Below are positions 9,390-17,520 of a DNA stretch of 60,347 nt, one piece after another; position 1 is the stretch's first letter, and each line of letters starts with the position of its first letter. Both the position numbers and the translations under genes were made by a program. This DNA is from Methanomassiliicoccales archaeon (GTDB taxonomy: Archaea; Thermoplasmatota; Thermoplasmata; Methanomassiliicoccales; UBA472): assembly GCA_016926075.1 (NCBI GenBank), contig JAFGPG010000057.1, forward strand, positions 1 to 60,347, in the 5' to 3' direction. The notes beneath the pieces were generated by a model, which was not told the DNA's origin, made no database searches, and was given only the letters and a program-made list of their open reading frames with translations.

Positions 9390-10691
9390 ATGGAATGGCA
9401 TGTGAGGGGAGGACGCCGTGTTGACCAGAGCATATCCGTGGGGAACACCCCCCGTGGCACGGAGGTCATCGTGGAGAGCATGCCCTACCTGCACACCGTG
9501 GCCCTATCGGTCACCGCCACGGTGGGTTCGCGGGACGAGCGGAAGAGGGAATCGGGCGTCTCGCACTTCCTCGAGCACATGCTGTTCCGGGGCACCGAGA
9601 GCATGGGCTTCCGGGAGGTCAACGAGAGGATCGAGGCCTCCGGGGGCTATCTCAACGCCTACACCACCCATGAGTTCACCTGCTACTACGCCTTCACCAT
9701 CGACGAGTCCCTGAAGGTGGCCGAGGACCTCCTGGCCGATCTGTTCCTGCACCCCCTCATGGACCCCGCCCTGGTGGAACTGGAACGCAATATCATCAAG
9801 CAGGAGATCGGCATGCGCATGAACGACCCGTCCTCGCACCTGCGCACCAGGATGAACGAGGCGCTGTACAAGGGCAACCCCCTCTCCCGTTCCATACTCG
9901 GTACGCCGTCCAGCCTGGACCACTTCGATTCCCGGTTTCTGCGCGAGTACCATCGCAGCCACTATCATCCCCCGCACGTGGTGGTGTGCGCGGTGGGCAA
10001 CGTGGACCCCCGCCGGGTGATGGAATGGGCCACCCGGTTCGACGATGTGGAGGGGAAGGCCGCCCCCAAGGGACGGAGGACGCCCAAGCAGAACACCGGG
10101 ACGCACTTCTTCACCAAGGAATCGGACCGGGCCTACCTGGGCATAGGACTTCCGGCCTATCCCGCACCCCACCCGCGGGCCATGGCCCAATCACTGCTGA
10201 CCACCATACTGTGCGGGGGGACCTCCTCCCGCCTGAACCACCGCATACGGGAGGTGGAGGGTCTGGTCTACGGCATCAACATGTACCCCCTGGCCTTCCG
10301 GGACTGCGGTTCCCTGCTCACCTACTGCTCCACCTCACTGGAGCAGGTGCCCCGCCTTTTCGACTCCTTCGGTCAGGAGCTGGCCCGTCTGAAGGGGGAG
10401 GGTCTGGAGGCGGGGGAGCTGGAAAAGGCCAAGCTGGCCCAGAAGGGCTCGCTGCTCCGCAACGCCTGCCGCCCTGACCAGAACATGAGCTCGCACCTGC
10501 ACCACTTCCTTGACACGGGTAAAGTGCAGAGCATCGAGGAGCATCTGGAGGAGATCAACTCAGTGACCGAGGAGGAGGTCATGCGCGCGGCCCTGGACAT
10601 ATTGAGAAGGGAAAGGGTATGCACGACCATATGCGCCGGGCAGGGGATGAAGGAGAAGATGATGGAGGCCGCGGCCTCGTTGGATTTCTAG
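9390..10691 (+). CDS. M16 family (pitrilysin/insulinase-like) zinc peptidase
   Basis: Inverted zincin motif HFLEHMLFRG (HxxEH), about 430 aa two-domain layout. The exact start is uncertain. Confidence 0.85.
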   Translation: MEWHVRGGRRVDQSISVGNTPRGTEVIVESMPYLHTVALSVTATVGSRDERKRESGVSHFLEHMLFRGTESMGFREVNERIEASGGYLNAYTTHEFTCYYAFTIDESLKVAEDLLADLFLHPLMDPALVELERNIIKQEIGMRMNDPSSHLRTRMNEALYKGNPLSRSILGTPSSLDHFDSRFLREYHRSHYHPPHVVVCAVGNVDPRRVMEWATRFDDVEGKAAPKGRRTPKQNTGTHFFTKESDRAYLGIGLPAYPAPHPRAMAQSLLTTILCGGTSSRLNHRIREVEGLVYGINMYPLAFRDCGSLLTYCSTSLEQVPRLFDSFGQELARLKGEGLEAGELEKAKLAQKGSLLRNACRPDQNMSSHLHHFLDTGKVQSIEEHLEEINSVTEEEVMRAALDILRRERVCTTICAGQGMKEKMMEAAASLDF

Positions 10692-11191
10692 GGCTCCACC
10701 ACGATCAGGGTCTGTCCCCCGTCCACGGTGTCCCCGGGGCGCACCTTGACCTCCTTGACCTTCCCGGCCATCTCGGTCTGCACCTCGTTCTCCATCTTCA
10801 TGGCCTCCAGCACCACCACCACCTGGTCGGCCTGGACGCTGTCCCCGGCCTTGACCTTCACCATCATGATCTTTCCGGGCATGGGAGCCAGGACGGCTCC
10901 TGAGGCGCCATCCTCCTTCCCGCCCTGCTCCATGACCTCCGGCTCGAGATGCTCGATCTCCCTCACCTGGTGCAGCTTGATCTCCATGGTGTTGTCGTTG
11001 GAGGTCACCTTGGCACCGGACTCCAGGTCCCCCTCGATGACCAGTGGCACGACCTCCCCGTTGACCAGCACCTTGTCCTCCTTGAAGAAGCACTTGAACA
11101 CGTGGTCCTCGACGTCCACCCGGTAGTCCCCGCCGTTCTTCTCCACCACCATCTCGTACTCGTGGCCGTTGACCGTCACGCGCAGCTTCAC
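10688..11191 (-). CDS. biotin carboxyl carrier protein (1.3S-like biotinyl subunit), 167 aa
   Basis: C-terminal biotinyl domain with EAMKMENE (biotinyl-Lys). The GTG start overlaps the 5S stop (GTGA), giving MKLRVTVNGHEYEM... The ORF-track extension to 11470 is G/R/A-rich and has no Met. Confidence 0.85.
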   Translation of the reverse strand: MKLRVTVNGHEYEMVVEKNGGDYRVDVEDHVFKCFFKEDKVLVNGEVVPLVIEGDLESGAKVTSNDNTMEIKLHQVREIEHLEPEVMEQGGKEDGASGAVLAPMPGKIMMVKVKAGDSVQADQVVVVLEAMKMENEVQTEMAGKVKEVKVRPGDTVDGGQTLIVVEP

Positions 11192-12696
11192 AGGGACCAG
11201 CCCCCCTGCCCCATGGCCTCCTTGCGCGCGGCGAACTTCCAGGCGTCCACCCCGCCGCCGGCAGAGGTCCTGCCTGAGACATGCCTCTCCGTGGAGCGCA
11301 TGTAGAGCACGGCCAAGGCGGCCAGGTCCTTGAGGTTGACACCCTTCTCCATCATCTGCCGGTGCTTGAAGTAGTCCAGGGCGACCTGCGGGAACAGGGC
11401 ATAGGAGAGCACGTCCTCCTCCGAACAGGCCATGCTCTCCTTGCAGGCGAACTCCTCGATCTCCTTGCACAGCCTTTCGAACTCCGGCTCCAAGAGGTCC
11501 GCGGGACGTACGGTGATGGGCCTCTCGTCCCCGATGATCCTCTTCCTGATGGCCGGGTCGATGTCCGCCGGCGTCTTGCCGTAGAGCCCCCGCACCAGGT
11601 TCTTGGTCTCGTTGGTGACCATCTTGTAACGCTCTCCGGTGATGACGTTGAGCACGGCCTGGGTGCCCACGATCTGAGAGGTGGGGGTCACCAGCGGAAC
11701 GTGCCCGAGGTCGGCCTTCACCCTGGGGACCTCATCGTACACGTCCGCCAGCCGGTCCTCCTTCTTAGCCTCCCTGAGCTGGGAGATCAGATTGGATATC
11801 ATCCCTCCGGGGATCTGGTACACCAGGACGTTGGTGTCGATGCCGGAGAACCCGCTCTCGAAGGCATGGTACTTCGTGCGTACCCTGTCGAAGTAATCGG
11901 AGATCTCGGTCAATCTCTTGAGGTCCAGACCGGTGTCGTACTCCGTGCCACGGAGCATGGCCACCACCGCCTCGGTAGGGGGCTGGGAGGTGCTCAGGGA
12001 CATGCTGGATATGGCCGTGTCCACTATCTCCGCCCCGGCCTCTATGGCCTTCATGTAGGTGGACATGACCATCCCGGAGGTGGCGTGGCAGTGCACGTGC
12101 ACCGGCAGCCCGATCTCCTCCCTCAACTGTTTGACCAGCTCGTAGGCGTCCATGGGTGCCAGCATGCCGGCCATGTCCTTGATGCAGATGGTGTCCGCGC
12201 CCATCTCCTGAAGCCTGCGGGCGAAGTTGACGTACCCCTCGATGGTGTGCACCGGGGAGATGGTGTAGGAGATGGAGGCCTCCACCACCCCGTTGTACTT
12301 CTTCACCGAACGCATGGCCATCTGCATGTTACGGGGATCGTTCAGCGCGTCGAAGATACGGAACACGTCGATGCCGCGACGCTTGGCGTTCTTGACGAAC
12401 TTCTCCAGGATGTCGTCGGGGTAGTGCCTGTAACCGACGATGTTCTGCCCCCGCAAGAGCATCTGGAAGGGGGTGTTGGGCATCTCCTTCTTGAGCTTGG
12501 TGATGCGTTCCCAGGGATCCTCGCGCAAGAAGCGCAGGCAGGTGTCGAAGGTCGCCCCTCCCCACATCTCCACCGACCAGTAGCCGACCTCGTCCAGCAT
12601 GGCGGCGGCCGGCAGCATGTCCTCCGTCCTCATCCTGGTGGCCAGGAGGGATTGGTGCGCGTCGCGCAACACGGTGTCCGTGATCTTGATCTTCAT
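11188..12696 (-). CDS. 5S-type carboxyltransferase (oxaloacetate decarboxylase alpha / pyruvate carboxylase B-like, without fused biotinyl domain)
   Basis: MKIKITDTVLRDAHQSLLATRMR...HVHCHATSGM is the HMGL-like TIM barrel of OadA/PycB/transcarboxylase 5S. ATG at 12696 behind a GGTG RBS, 8 nt after the 12S stop. Confidence 0.9.
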   Translation of the reverse strand: MKIKITDTVLRDAHQSLLATRMRTEDMLPAAAMLDEVGYWSVEMWGGATFDTCLRFLREDPWERITKLKKEMPNTPFQMLLRGQNIVGYRHYPDDILEKFVKNAKRRGIDVFRIFDALNDPRNMQMAMRSVKKYNGVVEASISYTISPVHTIEGYVNFARRLQEMGADTICIKDMAGMLAPMDAYELVKQLREEIGLPVHVHCHATSGMVMSTYMKAIEAGAEIVDTAISSMSLSTSQPPTEAVVAMLRGTEYDTGLDLKRLTEISDYFDRVRTKYHAFESGFSGIDTNVLVYQIPGGMISNLISQLREAKKEDRLADVYDEVPRVKADLGHVPLVTPTSQIVGTQAVLNVITGERYKMVTNETKNLVRGLYGKTPADIDPAIRKRIIGDERPITVRPADLLEPEFERLCKEIEEFACKESMACSEEDVLSYALFPQVALDYFKHRQMMEKGVNLKDLAALAVLYMRSTERHVSGRTSAGGGVDAWKFAARKEAMGQGGWSL

Positions 12697-12704
12697 GTCA
12701 CACC

Positions 12705-14279
12705 TCACAGCGGCATGTTGCCGTGCTTCTTGGCCGGGCGGGCCTCGCGCTTGCGGTCCAACATCTCCAGGGCCTCGATGAGGCGCATGCGGGTGTTGTT
12801 GGGCTCAATGATATCGTCCAAGTACCCGCGCTCCGCGGAGAAGAAGGCCGAGGCGTACATCCTGCGGTACTCGGAGATGAGGAAGTCCCTCTTCTCCTGG
12901 GGGTCGTCGGCCATGATCAGCTCCTGCTTGAACACGATGTTGATGGCCCCCTCCGGACCCACGATGGCGATCTCCGCCGTCGGCCAGGCCAGGTTGACGT
13001 CCGACCGCAGATGCTTGGAGCCCATGGCGCAGTAGGCCCCGCCGATGGCCTTGCGGGTGATGACCGTCACCTTGGGACAGCTGGCCTCCGCATAGGCATA
13101 GAGGAGCTTGGTGGCGTCCCTCAGCAGGGAGGAGTTCTCCTGCTCCACACTGGGAAGGTACCCCGGCACGTCCACCAGGGTGACCACGGGGATGTTGAAG
13201 GCGTCGCAGAAGCGAACGAAACGCGCGGCCTTCAGCGAGGAATAGGAGTCCAAGGTCCCCGCCAGGACCATGGGCTGGTTGGCCACGATGCCCACCGACA
13301 TCCCGTCCAGCCGGGCGAACCCGGTGACCACGTTCCTGGCGAAATGCTCCTGGGCCTCCAGGAACTCGCCCTTGTCCACCACCTTGCGCACCACCTCCTT
13401 CATGTCATACGGTTTCATGTAATCGTCAGGGACGATGGTGTCCAGGGACTCCTCCCTCCTCTCCGGGTCGTCCCCCAACGCCTTCTCCGGCGCCTGCTCC
13501 AGGTTGTTGCTTGGCAAGTAGCCCAGCAGCCTGCGCACCTGCTTGACGCACTCCATGTCGTCCTCGGCCACGAAATGCGCGGAACCGGAGCGGGTGGCAT
13601 GGACGCTGGCACCTCCCAGCTCCTCGAAGGTCACCGTCTCGTTCTGCACCGCCTTGATGACGTCCGGACCGACGATGAACATGAAGGCCTTGTCCTTGAC
13701 CATGAAGACGAAGTCGCACAGCATGGGGGCGTAGGCCCCACTGCCCGCGCATGGCCCCATGACCATGGCTATCTGGGGGACGACACCCGAGGCCATGGAG
13801 TGGCGCAGCATGACCTCCCCGTATCCGGCCAGGGAGTCCACTCCCTCCTGCAGGCGGGCGCCCCCGGAATCGTAGAGGCCGATGACCGGGCAACCGGTCT
13901 TGACCGCCAGGTCGATGACCTTGCAGATCTTCTGGGCGTGCATGCGGCCCACTGAACCGGCGAAGACGGTGAAGTCCTGGGCGTAGACGAACACCTGCCT
14001 CCCGTCGATGGTCCCCCTTCCGGTGACCACGCCGTCACCGGACATCCTCTGCTTGTCCATGCCGAAATGATAGGTCTGATGCGAGACGAAGGTGTCCAGT
14101 TCCATGAAGGAGCCCGGGTCCAGCAAGGCGTCGACCCGTTCCCGGGCGGTCATCTTGCCCTGCTTGCGGTGCATCTCCACCCTCTCCGCACCACCGCCGG
14201 CCCGGGACCGCCTCTTCATCTCCCTCAGTTCCTTGACCTTTTCCTCGCCCATGTCTTTCCCCTCGTTATTCGTGCTCAT
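12705..14279 (-). CDS. acyl-CoA carboxyltransferase, 12S / methylmalonyl-CoA (propionyl-CoA) carboxyltransferase beta type
   Basis: 524 aa crotonase-fold double domain (RERVDALLDPGSFMELD, VFVYAQDFTVFAGSVG, VANQPMVLAGTLD). The ATG lies 2 nt after the birA stop. Confidence 0.9.
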   Translation of the reverse strand: MSTNNEGKDMGEEKVKELREMKRRSRAGGGAERVEMHRKQGKMTARERVDALLDPGSFMELDTFVSHQTYHFGMDKQRMSGDGVVTGRGTIDGRQVFVYAQDFTVFAGSVGRMHAQKICKVIDLAVKTGCPVIGLYDSGGARLQEGVDSLAGYGEVMLRHSMASGVVPQIAMVMGPCAGSGAYAPMLCDFVFMVKDKAFMFIVGPDVIKAVQNETVTFEELGGASVHATRSGSAHFVAEDDMECVKQVRRLLGYLPSNNLEQAPEKALGDDPERREESLDTIVPDDYMKPYDMKEVVRKVVDKGEFLEAQEHFARNVVTGFARLDGMSVGIVANQPMVLAGTLDSYSSLKAARFVRFCDAFNIPVVTLVDVPGYLPSVEQENSSLLRDATKLLYAYAEASCPKVTVITRKAIGGAYCAMGSKHLRSDVNLAWPTAEIAIVGPEGAINIVFKQELIMADDPQEKRDFLISEYRRMYASAFFSAERGYLDDIIEPNNTRMRLIEALEMLDRKREARPAKKHGNMPL

Positions 14280-14281
14280 AG

Positions 14282-15049
14282 CTAATGAACGTTACCTGTT
14301 TCGAAGCGAACTTGACCCTGTTCCAAGGGGAACACCTCATGAACCGAGGTGGCCCTGTAGATCATGCCGTCCTCGGAGCGCAGTACCAGGGAGCCGTCGT
14401 ACTCCAGGTGCATCCCCTTGCCCCTCACCCTCTGGTCCCCCAGGCACAGCTCGACCTCCTGCCCTATGGACTCGGAGTACCTTTCATATAGGGGCACGTC
14501 CCGCTCCCCCCTCCTGAACCTCTGGTACATATCGTCCAGCTTGAAAAGGAGCACATTGAGGAAATGGTCGGGGTCCGTCTCCTTCCCGCACAGCTCCCGC
14601 AGGCTGCCGGCCCCCGGCGAGCGAAGGAGGGCCGGATCGGTGTTCAGATTGACCCCCACCCCCAGGACCATGAAGCGTGGCTCGCCGCCCCTGTAGCAGA
14701 CCTCCGCCAGCACTCCGGCCACCTTGCTCCCTCTCAGCCTCACGTCGTTGGGCCACTTGATACGTGGCACCACATGGCAGCACTCCTCGATGGCCTGGGC
14801 CACCGGAAGGCAGGAGAGCACGGTGAGCATGGTGAGGTCCGGAGCGGGAAGGTCGGGCCGCAGGATGACGGAGAGATAGACCCCTCCTTCCGGCGACTCC
14901 CAGGAGCGTCCTGTGCGTCCCCTGCCAGCACGTTGCCGCCGGGCCGTTATCACGGTACCCTCCGGCTCACCTTCCTGGGCCAAGGCCTTGGCCAGTTCAT
15001 TGGTGGAATCCACCTCGTCCTTCACCAGCACCTTGCGACCTATGAGCAT
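14282..15049 (-). CDS. birA: biotin--[acetyl-CoA-carboxylase] ligase (class I, no HTH)
   Basis: LIGRKVLVKDEVDSTNELAK, RRQRAGRGRTGRSWESPEGGVYLSVIL (GRGRxGRxW biotin-binding loop), KWPNDV. An alternative start at 15094 would overlap the upstream gene by 35 nt. Confidence 0.85.
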   Translation of the reverse strand: MLIGRKVLVKDEVDSTNELAKALAQEGEPEGTVITARRQRAGRGRTGRSWESPEGGVYLSVILRPDLPAPDLTMLTVLSCLPVAQAIEECCHVVPRIKWPNDVRLRGSKVAGVLAEVCYRGGEPRFMVLGVGVNLNTDPALLRSPGAGSLRELCGKETDPDHFLNVLLFKLDDMYQRFRRGERDVPLYERYSESIGQEVELCLGDQRVRGKGMHLEYDGSLVLRSEDGMIYRATSVHEVFPLEQGQVRFETGNVH

Positions 15050-15059
15050 GCCATTGGCC

Positions 15060-15995
15060 TCAGAAGGAGATGCGTCCCTGACCGCGGAGCCCATAGCCCT
15101 CGCCCAGGGCGATCAGGATGTCCGAGACCGTCCGGTCCAGGTCCCCGGAGGGACCGAGGTCCGCCACCAGGTCCAGTACCATCCGCTGACCATAGACCAG
15201 CACCCGGGACTGCACCGCCAGCAGGTTGACGCCGCTGGCGGCCAGGGCCTCCGTGGTGCGATGGATGGCCCCCGGCAGGTCCGGTATCTCGAAGGACAGC
15301 TCGACCAGCTGGCAGTCCTCCGGCAGGAAGGATATGGACAGCACCCAGGAGTCCACGTCGCCCACCATCATGACCGGGGAGCCCTCCTGGACGCCTTCCA
15401 GGCACTCCAGATAGTCCTTGGGTATGGCGAAGCTCCCGTCCTTGATGGGAGAGGGGGAGCGGGACACCTTGCGAAGGGCCTTGGCCTTGATGCTGGTGGC
15501 CTGGGAGCAGGTCACTCCCTTGGTGTACCGATCGCTGATGTGAGAGGTGCAGATCTCCAGCCCCTCCACCTTGGACAGGGCGGCCGGGCTGCTGCGCCGC
15601 AGGGCGGAGAAGTCCTCCATGAGCTGGGCCGGCTCACCGTAATAGGAGAGGTCCACCAGCATCTTCCATACCATGGATATGCCGCAGGTCATGCTCACCG
15701 AGACGGAGTTCAGTATGTCCACGTTCCGATCGGCCAGGAACTTGGCGGCCTGGGCGCAGGCCCCCGGTGCATCGATCATATGGAAGGTGAGATTGCACAG
15801 CTCCCGATAGTTCTCCGGTCCGAAGGTGGAAAGGACGATCTCATGCCCCCGCGTCCCCTCATGTTCGTACCGGAAGAGGGTGGAATAGACCTGACTTCCG
15901 TCCTCCAGGCCCAGGCGCCGGCGTATCTTTTCCCCTATCCTGACCTTACCGTCCCTTACCCTACCGAAATCCCACAGCTTCATCTCAGGACCCAA
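15060..15995 (-). CDS. hypothetical protein: AbrB/SpoVT-like N-terminus plus two ACT-like domains
   Basis: KLWDFGRVRDGKVRIGEKIRRRLGLEDGSQVY resembles an AbrB-type swapped hairpin. LTFHMIDAPGACAQAAKFLADRNVDIL and VELSFEIPDLPGAIHRTTEALAASGVNLL resemble ACT modules. First gene of the birA-carboxyltransferase string. Confidence 0.55.
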   Translation of the reverse strand: MGPEMKLWDFGRVRDGKVRIGEKIRRRLGLEDGSQVYSTLFRYEHEGTRGHEIVLSTFGPENYRELCNLTFHMIDAPGACAQAAKFLADRNVDILNSVSVSMTCGISMVWKMLVDLSYYGEPAQLMEDFSALRRSSPAALSKVEGLEICTSHISDRYTKGVTCSQATSIKAKALRKVSRSPSPIKDGSFAIPKDYLECLEGVQEGSPVMMVGDVDSWVLSISFLPEDCQLVELSFEIPDLPGAIHRTTEALAASGVNLLAVQSRVLVYGQRMVLDLVADLGPSGDLDRTVSDILIALGEGYGLRGQGRISF

Positions 15996-16141
15996 GCGCC
16001 AAATATTCTATCGACTGATAAAGATTGTCATGCGAATCGCAGAAGGATTCAGAATATTCATACGAAAATAATGGATAAATTAACGATAAACTTTGAAATT
16101 GATACGAGAACCGACGATAACCGCACCACGGACCGTCGATT

Positions 16142-16912
16142 TCAGTCCTCGTCCCCCACCAGCTCGTACTCTAGCACCTCCTCCACCCGGCAACGGCAGC
16201 TCAGGCAGTCCGAAAGAGGCTCCGCCTCGGCCATCCTGGCCCCGCGCTCTGTCATGCGACCGACCTTGCCCTCGCAGAGCTCCACCAGCCCGCGGTCCGC
16301 CAGCTCCTGGATGGAGCTTTGCACCGCTTCCCACAGGGCGTTGTCCTCTGGCTCGGTCATGGCCGACGAGACCTGATCCAGGCTGCGCACCGGGGATATG
16401 ACACCGATGACCGAACGATGGACCCCCAGCCGGCGCAGGGAGGGGATGAAGGGGTTGAAGAAGTCGATGCAAAGGCTGTCCAGTTCCATCTCGCTGCATT
16501 CCATCTCCATGGGGACGTGCCACAGCAGGTCAGGCGGTTCAGTGAGATCGTCCCAGATGCTCGGGGAAAGGGTGGCCACCTCCTCCGGGGACAGTTTCCA
16601 GCGCAGCACCAAGGGATAGTTCTTGAGCAGGATGACCAAACTGCCCAGCACGTCCGCCGGGCCGCGCCGGACCGTATGACAAAGGTCCCCGATGTTAAAC
16701 ACCTTCTCCTCTGCCCGCAAACGGGAGCTCCACATGAGGTCGAAGAGCACCATCTTGGGCAGGTTGATGGTGTACATGGAGGTCACCTGATACGGAGTGC
16801 TGAGCAGGGGCTGGCTCTCCTCCTCCACCGTCCGTATCAGTCCTGTGGGGGACACCAGCCAGACCCAGTCCTCCCATAGGTCCTCGGGTATCTCCTCGAA
16901 CGTCAGCTCCAT
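16142..16912 (-). CDS. hypothetical acidic protein (256 aa), no recognised family
   Basis: Protein-like composition, flanked by AT-rich spacers. A TATA-like box is centred about 31 nt upstream of the ATG. The C-terminal segment (ALWEAVQSSIQELADRGLVELCEGKVGRMTERG, then CLSCRC) could be a winged helix plus Cys cluster. Confidence 0.5.
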   Translation of the reverse strand: MELTFEEIPEDLWEDWVWLVSPTGLIRTVEEESQPLLSTPYQVTSMYTINLPKMVLFDLMWSSRLRAEEKVFNIGDLCHTVRRGPADVLGSLVILLKNYPLVLRWKLSPEEVATLSPSIWDDLTEPPDLLWHVPMEMECSEMELDSLCIDFFNPFIPSLRRLGVHRSVIGVISPVRSLDQVSSAMTEPEDNALWEAVQSSIQELADRGLVELCEGKVGRMTERGARMAEAEPLSDCLSCRCRVEEVLEYELVGDED

Positions 16913-16937
16913 GTCCTGTTCGAAACGGGTTCCCCGA

Positions 16938-16948
16938 TTTATAATATA
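16938..16948 (-). promoter_or_regulatory. TATA-like box for the 16142-16912 gene (leaderless geometry)
   Basis: TTTATAATATA is centred about 31 nt upstream of the ATG at 16912. A second box, TTAATATA (16970-16977), faces padR. Confidence 0.4.
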
Positions 16949-17003
16949 CCTCCGTCGGAAGGACGAATGTTAATATAGGACGATTACAGTACTGCTCTAC
17001 CTA

Positions 17004-17015
17004 GTAGATATCTAC
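17004..17015. promoter_or_regulatory. perfect 12-bp palindrome GTAGATATCTAC, candidate PadR operator
   Basis: Lies 17-28 nt upstream of the padR ATG, downstream of the TTAATATA box and flanked by direct CTACCTA repeats. Confidence 0.35.
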
Positions 17016-17031
17016 CTATGGAGCCGGTCAC

Positions 17032-17520
17032 ATGATGGGAAAAGTGCACAATTACAAGGGCAATCGCATCAGCGCCTCTCAGCTGATAATGATGGTGCTG
17101 CTCCTGGAGCGACCCATGTACGGATACGAGCTGTTGAAGGTCCTGAGGGAGAAATACGAGGGCATATGGGAGCCGCAGACCGGTTCTATCTATCCGGCGC
17201 TGCGTCGACTTCAGGACCACGGACTGCTCGACGTCGACAACGTGGACGGCAAGGACAATTACTCGCTCAGCGACGAGGGGAGGGGATGGTTGGAGGAAAC
17301 TCTCGGCTCGTTGAGCTCGGGCGTGCTCTTCATGTCCCGTACCATGGAACTGCTGGGCAAGGTCGCCCTGGGGGAGGGCGGCCGCAACAAGTACGTTCCC
17401 CTGGAAGAGGAACCACCGGAGACCAGATTGAGGACCATGCTGGAGATCCGCGATGCCATGAGGAACAATCTCAGGTGGATAGAGGAGCACATCAAGGAGA
17501 TAGAGCGGGAGGTCGGTTAA
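17032..17520 (+). CDS. PadR family transcriptional regulator
   Basis: MYGYELLKVLREKYEGIWEPQTGSIYPALRRLQDHGLL is the canonical PadR winged helix. The stop overlaps the ABC ATPase start (TAATG). Confidence 0.85.
   Translation: MMGKVHNYKGNRISASQLIMMVLLLERPMYGYELLKVLREKYEGIWEPQTGSIYPALRRLQDHGLLDVDNVDGKDNYSLSDEGRGWLEETLGSLSSGVLFMSRTMELLGKVALGEGGRNKYVPLEEEPPETRLRTMLEIRDAMRNNLRWIEEHIKEIEREVG

Noticed and set aside
10688-10691. The convergent peptidase and biotin-carrier genes share the palindrome CTAG as overlapping TAG stop codons.
   Set aside because: This is real but trivial. It is a 4-nt convergent overlap with no evident regulatory meaning.
11188-11470. Apparent frameshift. The 506-aa carboxyltransferase ORF and the 260-aa ORF carrying the biotinyl domain overlap by ~280 nt in different frames, as if a PycB/OadA gene with a fused biotin domain had been broken.
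   Set aside because: A GTG overlapping the 5S stop (GTGA at 11188-11191) gives a clean 167-aa carrier starting MKLRVTVNG. The overlapped upstream part of the 260-aa ORF is G/R/A-rich with no Met. A separate 5S and carrier is the normal transcarboxylase layout.
17166-17519. N-terminal extension of the ABC ATPase ORF overlapping padR.
   Set aside because: It is a wrong-frame read-through of padR (R/G-rich). The canonical MSAIIEVRDL start overlaps the padR stop as TAATG.
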